The translations under genes were made by a program, and so were the position numbers. The notes beneath the pieces are model-generated. The model was not told the origin of the DNA. It was given only the letters and a program-made list of their open reading frames with translations, and did not search any database. Below, piece after piece: positions 1-13,018 of a stretch of DNA of 64,000 bases; the stretch's first letter is position 1, and every line of letters begins with the position of its first letter. The stretch comes from Macrostomum hystrix (Eukaryota > Animalia > Platyhelminthes): contig CATNEN010000039.1 in NCBI GenBank assembly GCA_950097015.1, forward strand, positions 10,292,001 to 10,356,000, in the 5' to 3' direction.

Positions 1-481
1 TTTCCAATCGTGTCCACAACCATCACAGCCTATACAGACACTGATTGATTTACTCCCTTATTAAATTTTCGAGATTAACGATGGCCATGAAGAGTGAAAC
101 AGTGGCATAAAGTTAAATTGAACAACTTCGAATTGCGGCGACATCCCACCTGTGTGATTTAAGCTGGTAGTCCACATTTAGCAATCAATTTGGCAGCCAT
201 TTCTTTTTTAATATCATAAGAGTGGAGGTTCCGTCTTGTCAATGCGTTGATCACAGTATAAACGGATTTGACAGGCGGAAGCCTGTTTTTTTACTCGCTT
301 ACAATAAGTATCATTTTATATAATGTTTCTTTAAATGCTTTTTATAAACTATATGACGTCTTTTTATTAGTTGTTCTTTGTTTGAACTGTTTGATAACCC
401 GTAGCAACCGATCTGTGAATGTGGCATGAATTGGACTCAGGTAACAAAGCCACAATTTCTGTTTCGTTATTTCTTGCTGCA

Positions 482-2568
482 ATGGCTTTCTTTAGTCGAG
501 ATGTCCTGAAGTGGCTGCAGAGTTTAGATCTTTCATTGCAAATAAAAAGTCCAAAATGGTAATTTTGACTGCTTCTTACGTTTTTATGATATTCTTTTCA
601 TCGAAAAGCATATTCATACCATGATATATTATATATATTATGACCTGCTTTTAACTTTTAAGGGATTTTGCCAACGGATACCTGGTGGCTGAAATTCTCT
701 ACTGGTACTTTCCGAACGAAGTCAGCATGCATTCTTTTGTCAATGGAAATTCCTTAGAGATTAAGGTAAAAAACTGGGCCCTATTAAAAGAGATTTTCAA
801 AAGGCGTCAGTTTTGCCTACCAGAGAAGTTGATTGAAGGAACATTGCACTGCAAGAAAGATGCAGCCATTTTACTAGTTAATCTTCTTTTCGAGATTCTA
901 ACCTGTAAAAGGTAATTCTTATATTTACAGTTGATTGCCAAATACTTTACAAAAAATACAGCAGTTTTCTTTTTTTGCGTGAAAAAAAGTAATGTATGTT
1001 AATCGTATATTACATTAGAATCACTATGTAGCCAAAAGAAAACTTGTTGTAATCGACATTAATACTACAGTTAATTCATTCGACCGGTCAGTTTATTTCA
1101 GTCAGATTTGACACATTTATAACACGTCTTAAGAAATAAGTGCCTTTCATTTAGTGTCAGATTTGCAAGTTATTCTTATATATACTCTGCAAACTGAAAT
1201 TAGAAATAATATGTTCATAGAAAGCACTGCTAAAGCTCTATTCAATTATTTAATGCCTCTAAAAGCTCAATTTTATTCAGGAATTTCTTGTAAATTTTCA
1301 TGATAAAATCGCACGAGACACTGAGTAGGGCATTCCTACTTGTCGAAGTAGAAATCAAATTACAACAAAGTAATATAAGTAAGTATAATATAGTCTCGTT
1401 ATTTATGCATGACTTTGTGAAAATGAATTCTAAATCATTAATTTTTTGATTTTTTTTGTCGTGATGTTTTTTACTAGTTGAAAGCATAATTATAAAGTAT
1501 AAAGCAATAGAGTATACCATGCACTTACTTTCAAACTTGAGATGTCACTTGGTGTAATTATTTTTTTAAATTTACTATTATAACTGCAATTTGCCACAAA
1601 TTTATTATCTACAGTTTTTTGTTTAACTTAGCAGTCTTACCATCGGAAAATATTGTTAAAGCAAAAGTTCTAACTCTTTTGCACTTTAGTTGCTCTTTTG
1701 CATGAAGAATAATTATGGATGATCAATACCTCCTTTGTCAGTGTTTAACAACTTTGTTTTATTGCTTGGCATCACTGTCTCGAGTATTTCATTAATGCTG
1801 CAGTGCATTCGATGATCATGACCAATGCTCTCCTGTACATTTGCTCCGCCAGCGCTATCGTGTACTGCAGCGGAAAGCTTGACGATTCGGAATATCAACG
1901 ATCGCTGACTCTGCACGCCAGGTCCACGGCTGCCAAGACGCTGAAGAATAATTTGAGCAGCTCAGAACTGGCTGCTCAACAAGATATCGATGCTAATCGA
2001 GTCAAGGTACGACCGCCTCCGTTTACTTTAGTCGAGTCCAGCCGCTAATGACCACACCAATAATCCTCAATGACCAGTCTAATAATCCTCAATGACCAGT
2101 CCAATAATCCTCAATGACCAGTCCAATAATCCTCAATGACCAGTCTAATAATCCTCAATGACCAGTCCAATAATCCTAAATGACCAGTCTAATAATCCTC
2201 AATGACCAGTCCAATAATCCTAAATGACCAGTCAAATAATCCTCAATGACCAGTCAAATAATCCTCAATGACCAGTCAAATAATCCTCAATGACCAGTCC
2301 AATCTTCGATGGCTATATTAGAAACCCGACTTTCTAAACAACAACCAAAAAATCGCATAGACAAGCACACAATGCTCTCAGTGTTCTCAACCCAGGCTAA
2401 CTTGCTGCTGGAGCGACACGCAGACATCCGCGCCGAGGAGCGTCTCCAGCAGCCGTCCAGATTTCAGCGACGATTGTCGCCTGGTGAGCGCTGCCTACGG
2501 CGTCATCCGGGACCAACGGCGAACAGGCCGACAGGCGGAGCCGGCGGCGGAAGACGCTCAAGCATGTC

Positions 2569-2614
<46 letters not shown>

Positions 2615-2668
2615 GTTCCAGAAATTTCCGTTCGTCAACATGCAAAGTTTGCTAATTACACTGATTAA
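482..2668 (+). CDS. SPATA4: Spermatogenesis-associated protein 4-like (CH-like domain); exons 482-558, 663-911, ~1853-2006, 2396-2668
   Basis: Spliced translation MAFFSRDVLKWLQSLDLSLQIKSPKW/DFANGYLVAEILYWYFP...NWALLKEIF...YQRSLTLHARSTAAKTLKNNL matches my recollection of the SPATA4/SPEF1 family. GT-AG sites are phase-compatible; the exon 3 acceptor could be 1853 or 1871. PolyQ near the C-terminus. Confidence 0.82.
2059..2303. repeat. 22-bp minisatellite (AATAATCCTCAATGACCAGTCC), ~11 copies, in SPATA4 intron 3
   Basis: Direct tandem copies visible. Confidence 0.95.
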
Positions 2669-3070
2669 GTAACAACTGACTACTAATAGTACCACTTTTC
2701 CGACAGAGTGCAATATGGTGGGAATTCGAATATTCCATTCTCTTTCTATTCTATTTTTTCAATTTATTTTTTTAGTAATTTTTCCCGCGCAGCGCCACAT
2801 AGGGGCTATGCTTATAGTTTTCATGTGCAATTTATTTGCTTTTAATAATAACGCCAGAGTGTGGATGCTGATGTTTTTATTTTCCTCTGAAAGTAATACG
2901 ATATTAGCAAATCTAATCACAGCGAATTTTCTAATCTGATGTCACAGAGCTTTGGCACGCATATAGCTTTACGTGAAGAGCCACTTTTCAGTCAAAATAG
3001 AAAAATTATTATTACGCTTGTATGCAAATGAAGTCTATTTGCTTATACATTCGATTTCACAATTACGAGT

Positions 3071-3349
3071 ATTTGGGGCGCAGCTGCTCAGTGAAGGCTT
3101 GGGGGCTTGACGTGCAGTTTACGCCCTGGGGGCCAACCTCCAAGGCACAGTGAGTTTTCACTGCCTAACGATGAGAAGGTCAGGGCAGATGTACACACCT
3201 GTGTGAGCATGTGCCTGCGTACAGTATCTGTGTGCGTGCGTGCTCAGGAGTCAGTGAAATGGGCAGAATTGCATCCTGGCTGCAGCTGCGGGTCAGTGTG
3301 ACCAAATGATGCGCCATTTCCTGCAGCCCTTCTGCAATTATTATTATTA
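3071..3349 (+). mobile_element. SINE family A, 5'-truncated copy
   Basis: Aligns by eye with the full copy at 36951-37316; ends in a (TTA)n tail. Confidence 0.85.
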
Positions 3350-5260
3350 AGGGGCTAACCCAGAATGATGTGCCTGTGCCTGCAGCCCTTCTGCAATTAT
3401 TATTAATAAGGGGCTAACCCAGAATGATGCGCCATTTCCTGCAGCCCTTCTGCAATTATTATTATTAAGGGGCTAACCCAGAATGATGTGCCAGTGCCCG
3501 CAGCCCTTCTGCAATTATTATTATTAAGGGGCTAACCCAGAATGATGTGCCAGTGCCTGCAGCCCTTCTGCAATTATTATTATTAAGGGGCTAACCCAGA
3601 ATGATGTGCCTGTGCCCGCAGCCCTTCTGCAATTATTATTATTAAGGGGCTAACCCAGAATGATGTGCCAGTGCCTGCAGCCCTTCTGCAATTATTATTA
3701 TTAAGGGGCTAACCCAGAATGATGTGCCTGTGCCCGCAGCCCTTCTGCAATTATTATTATTAAGGGGCTAACCCAGAATGATGTGCCAGTGCCTGCAGCC
3801 CTTCTGCAATTATTATTAGTAAGGGGCTAACCCAGAATGATGCGCCATTTCCTGCAGCCCTTCTGCAATTATTATTATTAAGGGGCTAACCCAGAATGAT
3901 GTGCCAGTGCCTGCAGCCCTTCTGCAATTATTATTATTAAGGGGCTAACCCAGAATGATGTGCCAGTGCCTGCAGCCCTTCTGCAATTATTATTATTAAG
4001 GGGCTAACCCAGAATGATGTGCCAGTGCCTGCAGCCCTTCTGCAATTATTATTATTAAGGGGCTAACCCAGAATGATGTGCCAGTGCCTGCAGCCCTTCT
4101 GCAATTATTATTATTAAGGGGCTAACCCAGAATGATGTACCAGTGCCTGCAGCCCTTCTGCAATTATTATTATTAAGGGGCTAACCCAGAATGATGTGCC
4201 TGTGCCCGCAGCCCTTCTGCAATTATTATTAATAAGGGGCTAACCCAGAATGATGTGCCTGTGCCCGCAGCCCTTCTGCAATTATTATTATTAAGGGGCT
4301 AACCCAGAATGATGTGCCTGTGCCTGCAGCCCTTCTGCAATTATTATTATTAAGGGGCTAACCCAGAATGATGTGCCTGTGCCTGCAGCCCTTCTGCAAT
4401 TATTATTAATAAGGGGCTAACCCAGAATGATGCGCCATTTCCTGCAGCCCTTCTGCAATTATTATTATTAAGGGGCTAACCCAGAATGATGTGCCAGTGC
4501 CTGCAGCCCTTCTGCAATTATTATTATTAAGGGGCTAACCCAGAATGATGTGCCAGTGCCTGCAGCCCTTCTGCAATTATTATTATTAAGGGGCTAACCC
4601 AGAATGATGTGCCTGTGCCTGCAGCCCTTCTGCAATTATTATTATTAAGGGGCTAACCCAGAATGATGTGCCATTTCCTGCAGCCCTTCTGCAATTATTA
4701 TTATTAAGGGGCTAACCCAGAATGATGTGCCAGTGCCTGCAGCCCTTCTGCAATTATTATTATTAAGGGGCTAACCCAGAATGATGTACCAGTGCCTGCA
4801 GCCCTTCTGCAATTATTATTATTAAGGGGCTAACCCAGAATGATGTGCCTGTGCCTGCAGCCCTTCTGCAATTATTATTATTAAGGGGCTAACCCAGAAT
4901 GATGTGCCAGTGCCTGCAGCCCTTCTGCAATTATTATTATTAAGGGGCTAACCCAGAATGATGTGCCAGTGCCTGCAGCCCTTCTGCAATTATTATTATT
5001 AAGGGGCTAACCCAGAATGATGTACCAGTGCCTGCAGCCCTTCTGCAATTATTATTATTAAGGGGCTAACCCAGAATGATGTGCCTGTGCCCGCAGCCCT
5101 TCTGCAATTATTATTATTAAGGGGCTAACCCAGAATGATGTGCCAGTGCCTGCAGCCCTTCTGCAATTATTATTATTAAGGGGCTAACCCAGAATGATGT
5201 ACCAGTGCCTGCAGCCCTTCTGCAATTATTATTATTAAGGGGCTAACCCAGAATGATTTA
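3305..5260. repeat. 59-bp tandem array (~33 copies) made of the SINE A 3' end plus 14 bp of flank
   Basis: Unit AGGGGCTAACCCAG-AATGATGTGCCAGTGCCTGCAGCCCTTCTGCAATTATTATTATTA. Confidence 0.95.
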
Positions 5261-5761
5261 CCAGTGCCGGCATCTAAAAATATCAGTTCTATTAACTTTT
5301 ACTTTAATTAGCTTTGTTATTAATTATGAGAGTACTTTAGACGTCAATTGTACACCGAATCGAAATGATAACCGATTGAGAATCGTAATTCAGCTACTCA
5401 ATGCGATTTTTTCTTCGAGGCAAATTTCTTTAGCCTTATAGCTGCGATAATCCTGAGCTATATCGTCCTAACTGAGCACTTAGCACATCATTAGCTTTCG
5501 CTATGCAGGTCTACAATCTTGTTCGCCTGTGATTTGACACAGCCGACTTCAATAAGCCCAAAACAGAAGGATCTCCTTAAATTTTGGATTTGGCATCAAC
5601 ATAAATCGTCAAACGCATTTGCATGAAGCATTTTCAAAGCAACTTGGTCCAAAAAAGGATTTTTTAAAGTAAAGACGGAAATGAAAATCATTGGACATAA
5701 GTGCAAACGGAATGTCAAGTGCGTGGGAACTCAGGGCGTCAGTCTAAATTGCACTAAAGTC

Positions 5762-6934
5762 TTAGCCGCCGCCGCTGGCCCTCGGGCTGAACTGCAGCAC
5801 CCGGATTGATTTAACCAACTCGCAGTCGTCCATTCGCATCAGGTAGGCCACGGCGCCAAAGTTTTCGTTATTGATGTAGCCGGGCGCTGAGAAGACGGTG
5901 ATGCACTGCATGTTGTGCTGCACAGATAGGCCCATCTTCATCACCTGGTGGGCTCTGATGATGGCCTTCAGCGAGTTGCGACGAATGAAAACCTCGGTTG
6001 CGTCAGCGTTGAACTTGTAGCCGATGCCACGACTGCTGGTCGAGAATACGGGCTTCGGCTCCTTTTTCTTCGACGTCGGGCCCTTCTCAGTAGGTTCCAG
6101 TGCATCCTCCATGGGATCGCTCCAAAGCAGGTCGGTCTCCAGTTCCCGATTATTCAACGAGGAAAACGGGCGCTGGATGCTGTTGACAACTTGCTTCAGA
6201 TTCTCAACGCCCGGCTGCTGGCGAAGGAGGACCTCGGAGATGCCGCCGTGGCAGCAGAAGAACTGCAAGTCGACGAGAGCCGCAATCGGCAGGTAGTCGA
6301 AAACCCGATTGAAAATGTTGTACACATTCAGGTGCTTGAAGCGGCTCAAGCACTCGCTCTTGAAGCCGTAGCGCTTGTTCACCTTCGCCACTTCGTGATT
6401 ACCGCGCAGGATGTAAACCCTATCCGGATAGCGAACCTTCATCAGCAGCAGCGTAACCACAACCTCCAGGCTGAATTGGCCGCGGTCAACGAAGTCACCC
6501 AGGAACAAGATGGTCTCTGTTGGCGGATAACCCAGCGATTCCAGGATGCGCAGCAGGTCCCTGAACTGGCCGTGAATGTCGCCAACAATGAAGGCCGGCC
6601 TCTTGATTTCTAGAAGGGCAGGCTCGCGGCGAAATACGTCCCTGGCCATCTTGGCCATCGTGTAGCAGAGCTGCTCAGTGACGAAGCTGGAACGTAGATT
6701 GCCATTGGAATCGAACTCGCTGTTGAGTATCGTACGCTCAACATCGGTGAGGTCTATATCAATGAGTGACAACGGCGAAATGCAGTCGTCGATCATTGAA
6801 ATCAGGTCGCTTCCATCGTTTTCATCGAAGTCAATGATGCTGTCGCGGTAATCTAATTTCCTAAGTGTCAACTTGTCGTCAGCGTCAAATACCTGCCGAT
6901 CAAGTGTGCCGCCAATGCTATCTGACTGCTCCAT
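5762..6934 (-). CDS. Intronless PPP-family Ser/Thr phosphatase, PP1-like (divergent), 390 aa
   Basis: GDIHG, GDFVDRG, RGNHE, HGG, DLLWSDP, RG, RAHQ and TVFSAPGY motifs are intact and in order. Confidence 0.92.
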   Translation of the reverse strand: MEQSDSIGGTLDRQVFDADDKLTLRKLDYRDSIIDFDENDGSDLISMIDDCISPLSLIDIDLTDVERTILNSEFDSNGNLRSSFVTEQLCYTMAKMARDVFRREPALLEIKRPAFIVGDIHGQFRDLLRILESLGYPPTETILFLGDFVDRGQFSLEVVVTLLLMKVRYPDRVYILRGNHEVAKVNKRYGFKSECLSRFKHLNVYNIFNRVFDYLPIAALVDLQFFCCHGGISEVLLRQQPGVENLKQVVNSIQRPFSSLNNRELETDLLWSDPMEDALEPTEKGPTSKKKEPKPVFSTSSRGIGYKFNADATEVFIRRNSLKAIIRAHQVMKMGLSVQHNMQCITVFSAPGYINNENFGAVAYLMRMDDCELVKSIRVLQFSPRASGGG

Positions 6935-7171
6935 GGCAAATTATTTCATCAGCGGCGACAGATGGAATCGATCCGATATGATTTACGCGGACTGACGAGA
7001 TCCAACAGTCGAGACTAATTGCACTTTTTCTTAGTCTAATTTAGACATAGACAAGTTTGGTCTGGAAATAATAAGCACATAAGCTGCGATGGTACTCAGG
7101 AACTGCACTTTAAATTCAATTATGAAAGTTCTTTAACTCATTAATTATTGTACTTTCGAGTCTTAACAGTA

Positions 7172-7758
7172 GAACTACCAAGGGGAAATTCTCCTCACCG
7201 ACAATTATTTGTGCTGCACCCGAACGGAGCAACGCAAGCACACGGGCCAACTTTTTGTTGCGCATCTTCTGAAACAAGAATCAAGTCGCCAGCTCTTCAG
7301 ACATTCGAGATATTCAATGTTTCTGGCCGAAGGTCAGGTTTTCCCCATAAGAGCTAGTGCATTTCATACACCCCCATACACGAATTAGCACTGCGCCTCA
7401 GTGCGGCCTTGCCAGGCCTTCAAAATTTATCAGCACATCACCCGAATGTGCCTGCATCATCTCCGTCTTCGGTGGTCACCTACCTTTATCTAGAGTCTAG
7501 ACTGACTGCAGGACCTTCAAGGGCTACAACAGGTGGAACTAGGCTAGTGTGGAGTCGTGGACACCCTGAGGCGAATTTCTCCAATTTCACTGATCAAGCC
7601 TAAATATTAGGCGCAGCTCAACCACAGTACACCATTGACTAGATGTCAAACAATCATTCACCACCCACGCTATTAGCACTCAGGGTCTGCCAAAAAACTT
7701 TCATGTGGGATTCCCCTCCCCTTAATCTAAAACGGGTGACAAAATGGCTTGGTAGTCC
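7172..7758 (-). mobile_element. Non-autonomous TIR element (family C)
   Basis: Ends GAACTACCAAG (7172) and CTTGGTAGTCC (7748-7758). About 7235-7495 is an inverted copy of 30546-30770. Confidence 0.6.
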
Positions 7759-9331
7759 AACTATCACTAAATGCCGCACGCTTCGCCGTAATCTAATATA
7801 CTAAAAAAATTGGCTATAATAATATCACGAGACCAGTCCGTTGAATGGATGTGATCATTTCTACATTCCTTTAATGGGTCTTGCTTAAAGAAACAATTAG
7901 TTCTCATTTCCTTCGACGTCACGGTCACAAGTCCAAAGCATTAAAAATGCTAAACAGAAAGCTTGTTGTTGTGAAAAAAACTAAATGAAAGGCTGCACAA
8001 TTGGGTCACAATTATTTGCTTGTTTTGGGGGGATGGCCACAAACACACAGAACAGAAAAAGCCGGTTTATTTGGTTGGTGTGACATAAGAGAGGTGCAAA
8101 AGACTTAGATAACAATAAATGAATTAACAATTGTTATAATAGGCGTACGATATTTTGTCAAGTGTAAACTAAACTGGGAGGACAAGCGGGAGAAAATTAT
8201 AATAGAAAACTGAACTGAAAAAAGCGGGCAACTCGACACTGAACTGTGTAGGCTGACTTAGAAATATGGGAGGTGAATTTTAAAAACTTGGAGACAGCTA
8301 AATAATTATCGAATATAGAATTAGACTGTTGTGTCACAATTGAATAGTCTCTATAACAATAGAGAGAAAACAGCGACTCTATTGCACGCGTGGGGCTATT
8401 AAAAAGTATGTAAATAAAATTTTAGTTTTTTTAACCGAAAAATTATATTTAGTAAACAAACAAAATTATTAAATATTGTGAACGAAAAAAGACAGACTAC
8501 AAGCGTCTACTAGTATCTTAGGCTGTGAAGCGCACGAACAGAGGCGGAATTGCTTAGCAAAAGGTGTTGCATCATTGTTGCATTAGCTAAAAGCTAAAAT
8601 ATAGCAGTCAAGAAACACAACAGAAATTAGAAAGCTTATCTTAATAGCAGTCTAAATAAACAAAAAATTATATTTCCTATCCCGACCGTTTTTTCAATAA
8701 TAATAATAAGTTACCACCACACTATCATAAGTAGATGACATGATTTCTTATAACCGTTAAACAATTTCTGGCGCCAATTCAAATATTAGAAGTGGCAAAA
8801 CCACATCCTTAATAATAATAATAATGTTAACAATATAACACAATAAGGTGCGCCAAGCGACAAGCACTAGTGCAAACACTGAGGAATACTAGACTAGGAC
8901 TAAAGGGAAACACTGAGATTCACAATACAAGATGACACCAGGTCAACATCTAGATGTGATTCTATTCCAAAGTAACTGCTAAATTTATAGAACAGTTAGG
9001 ACTAAACTAAAAAGCGAACAACGGCGACAGATTGCGTGTGAGAAGAAGAAAAATCAAGTCTTTATTTGTTTGCTTTTGCACTTGCTAACAGATCGATAAA
9101 AATATTTGATGAAATGATGAAGCTAAGACATACGCAGACAGGACGAACAAACTAAATCTTTTAGTGGATAAATGTGCCTCACAAAATGGATGCTTAAACT
9201 ATTTTTATATCAAACGCTTGCTTTGTTAACGAAAATTCTAAAAGTTCGTCCGTCAAGAGAAACGAAAAAAAACGGTTTGTTATAATTATCCGGCAGATTA
9301 ACGGCTGTCAGTGACAAACAAGAGCCCCATA

Positions 9332-12300
9332 TTATTGATTGCCAGCTTCTTTCGGCTCAGCGTCTGGCTCCTTCTCGTCTGCAAGAACAAAGAGGACGAC
9401 AGAGTTTAAATGGCTGACAATTATTATATAAGAAATGGCTTATAATGAGATGCAGTATGCAATGCAAGTGCGGAAACGGGATAAGTGTTTGTTTGGTGTG
9501 ACCGATTGAAGTGGGATAAGTGTCTGGCGTGAAGGATTGAATTGGGATAAGTGTCTGGCTTGAAGGATTGAATTGGGATAAGTGTCTGGCTTGAAGGATT
9601 GAATTGGGATAAGTGTCTGGAGTGAAGGATTGAATTGGGATAAGTGTCTGGCTTGAAGGATTGAATTGGGATAAGTGTCTGGCTTGAAGGACTGAATTGG
9701 GATAAGTGTCTGGAGTGAAGGACTAAAATGGGATAAGTGTCTGGCTTGAAGGATTGAATTGGGATAAGTGTCTGGAGTGAAGGACTAAAATGGGATAAGT
9801 GTCTGGCGTGAAGGACTGAATTGGGATAAGTGTCTGGAGTGAAGGACTAAAATGGGATAAGTGTCTGGCTTGAAGGATTGAATTGGGATAAGTGTCTGGA
9901 GTGAAGGACTAAAATGGGATAAGTGTCTGGCGTGAAGGATTGAAATGGGATAAGTGTCTGGAGTGAAGGACTAAAATGGGATAAGTGTCTGGCGTGAAGG
10001 ACTGAATTGGGATAAGTGTCTGGAGTGAAGGACTAAAATGGGATAAGTGTCTGGCTTGAAGGATTGAATTGGGATAAGTGTCTGGAGTGAAGGACTAAAA
10101 TGGGATAAGTGTCTGGCGTGAAGGATTGAAATGGGATAAGTGTCTGGCGTGAAGGATTGAAATTGGATAAGTGTCTGGAGTGAAGGACTAAAATGGGATA
10201 AGTGTCTGGCGTGAAGGATTGAAATGGGATAAGTGTCTGGCGTGAAGGATTGAAATTGGATAAGTGTCTGGCGTGAAGGATTGAATTGGGATAAGTGTCT
10301 GGCTTGAAGGATTGAATTGGGATAAGTGTCTGGCTTGAAGGATTGAATTGGGATAAGTGTCTGGAGTGAAGGACTAAAATGGGATAAGTGTCTGGCGTGA
10401 AGGACTGAATTGGGATAAGTGTCTGGAGTGAAGGACTAAAATGGGATAAGTGTCTGGCTTGAAGGATTGAATTGTGATAAGTGTCTGGAGTGAAGGACTA
10501 AAATGGGATAAGTGTCTGGCGTGAAGGATTGAAATGGGATAAGTGTCTGGCTTGAAGGATTGAATTGGGATAAGTGTCTGGAGTGAATGACTAAAATGGG
10601 ATAAGTGTCTGGAGTGAAGGACTAAAATGGGATAAGTGTCTGGAGTGAAGGACTTGAATTCTGTGGAAGTGAGGATGTCTGTCAGCTCACCATCTCCAGC
10701 TGGCTGCATGTCCGAAGTCCACAGGGTGAGGTTGTCCCTGAGCAGCTGCATGATCAGGGTGCTGTCCTTGTAGGACTCCTCAGACAGGGTGTCCAGCTCG
10801 GCGATGGCCTCGTCGAAGGCGGTCTTGGCCAGTTTGCAGGCCCTATCGGCCGAGTTGAGAATCTCATAGTAGAACACGGAGAAGTTGAGGGCCAGGCCCA
10901 GGCGAATGGGGTGGGTTGGCTTGAGCTGCGTGCTGGCGATGTCGGTGGCGGCCTTGTAGGCTGTCAGGCTGTTCTCGGCGGCCTCCTTGCGCTCGGCTCC
11001 GGTGGCGAATTCGGCCAGGTAACGCAGGTAGTCGCCCTTCATCTTGTAGTAGAAGACGCGAGACTCGGCCACGGTGGCGCTGGGAATCAGATGGCTGTCC
11101 AGCACGTCGAGAATGTCGTCACAGATGCGCTTGAGCTCCTTCTCAACCTGAGAGCGGAACGAGCGAATCAATTCGAGCTTCTCGCTGCCAGATTTGCTCT
11201 CCTCCTTCTGCTCGATGCTGCTGACGATGCGCCAGCTGGCTCGCCTGGCGCCTATGACATTCTTGTAGGCCACGGACAGCAGGTTGCGCTCCTCAACTGT
11301 CAGCTCGACATCCATCACAGCTACGGCCTTCATGGCGTCCACCATTTCTGTGGATTTAGGATAATGTGAAAATTTATTACATGAAGTGCCTTGGAGAGAA
11401 GGTTGGCTCAGTGGTTCAAGTTTTACAAGACAGAACAAGCAAGCAAAAAGGAATTCAAAATCTCATTTCATGATAAACTGTTGTCTGAAAACAGAGTGGT
11501 AGTTATACTACCTAAAAATTGGAACTAGCAGGTGACAATAGTTAAAGTAACATTTTAGGCTAGTTTATTCTAAGAAGCAACAATGTGGATAAAGGATTAA
11601 CAATGTCTCAATGCCTTTTTTGCCTTTGCCTTATTACCTTTGGAAACATTTTTTCTTCATGGCATACTTATGTTGACTAAGTGCATTAATATAAAATCTG
11701 AGTGGCTTGTTTATTGTTAGTCATTGTTAAAAATCAATTTACAAGTTAAAAACTGCTTACAAAAATTGGACCTGCTTTGAAATCTGGCATATCTATTTTT
11801 TGTGCAAAATGTTGTCTACTTTATATTATAAGCTTAATAATACTTAAAACTTTGCAAAAAAATTATATAATAATAAACGATATGATAAAAAAGACATCAC
11901 TTTTAGAAGTATATGTAACGTCAGATGAAACAGAGACCTAAACTGTAATACAAATTTAGGCACTTATTTAGTTTTGCAGATTTGATTATCTAACAAATGA
12001 CAAAAACTTTCTTAGCTAGTACAAGAAAATACTTAAACTCAATCAAGTTTTTTATAAGGAAATTTGGCTATATGCTTACAAATAGCCGAAAACAAAGATA
12101 AAGAGAGAATAGAAGGGTGGGAGGAACTAGGGAGAAAGATTATGTCATTCTCCCTTTCTTAGCTTGCTAAGCCTTTTTTGCCTTTGCCTTATTACCTTTG
12201 GAAACATTTTTTTCTTCATGGCATACTTATGTTGACTAAGTGCATTAATATAACATCTGAGTGGCTTGTTTATTGTAAGTCATTGTTAAAAATCAGTTTA

Positions 12301-13018
12301 CATTGAAATGGTAGGCCTAAAACTAAATGATGGTCCATAGTTAATAAATTTCATTTTAAAGCCATCAAATTTTAATTTGTTTTTAAATCATTGATTAGCT
12401 GGGCCTTATTGCCGATTTGACATGAAAATAATATAGTAGGTATAGCCTGCAGGAGCCTATCTGTCATGTCTTCTGGCCAATAATGGGCCTTATTGCCTTG
12501 GTAGCAATAGTGTGGAAGATATTGGCATGGCCCCATGGCAAAAAGCATTGCACAGTACACCAAAACTTGACCCACTGCAATAAACAAAATAGCACACTTT
12601 CTCAAATAGAAAAGCCAGTATGGGACAGTACATACTTTCAAATAAAACAATTTAAATAACAGCTGGCGCTGGGCTGAAAATGGGCAGCTTTAAATAGCTA
12701 TAATACGCCTTCTTCCTGTCTTATTTAAGGTCTTAATCAGAATTTAGATTAGAACGTTTAACTAATCTAAAACCTGCGGAGTTTCATTAATATTAGGAAT
12801 ATTTTAACATGATAAATTTAATGGGTGAGTCCAGACGAATAAAGACTGGTGGTATTCAGTCTTAGAAGTATGAAGAACAAAGTACACCGCACTTAATGTA
12901 TGTAATTCGCAGTAATTGTAGCAATATGGTTAGTTATTAGCGACTTACCATCATAGCGTTCAGCCTGCTCAGCGAGCTTAGCAAAGTACACCTTATCTTC
13001 GCGATCCTCGTGAGACAT
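9332..13018 (-). CDS. YWHAE: 14-3-3 protein, epsilon-like; exons 13018-12949, 11347-10691, 9378-9332
   Basis: [30 protein letters not shown]...[21 protein letters not shown]...[20 protein letters not shown]...[15 protein letters not shown]. Both introns are phase-1 GT-AG. Confidence 0.95.
9510..10655. repeat. 31-bp minisatellite (GGGATAAGTGTCTGGCTTGAAGGATTGAATT), ~37 copies, in 14-3-3 intron 2
   Basis: Tandem copies with a few interleaved variants. Confidence 0.95.
11613..12295. repeat. Pair of ~125-bp direct repeats (11613-11736 and 12171-12295) in 14-3-3 intron 1
   Basis: GCCTTTTTTGCCTTTGCCTTATTACC...GTCATTGTTAAAAATCA occurs twice, nearly identical. Confidence 0.9.

Noticed and set aside
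3305-5260. CRISPR-like appearance of regular repeats (also the other arrays)
   Set aside because: No unique spacers, no cas genes, eukaryotic context.
5948-6613. Antisense ORFs over PP1, 14-3-3, MDH, lectin and BIR genes
   Set aside because: Shadow ORFs expected from GC-rich codon usage.
10374-10690. Repeat-encoded C-terminal extension of 14-3-3 in the ORF track
   Set aside because: A donor at 10690 and a normal terminal exon at 9378-9332 explain the gene; the extension is intron read-through.
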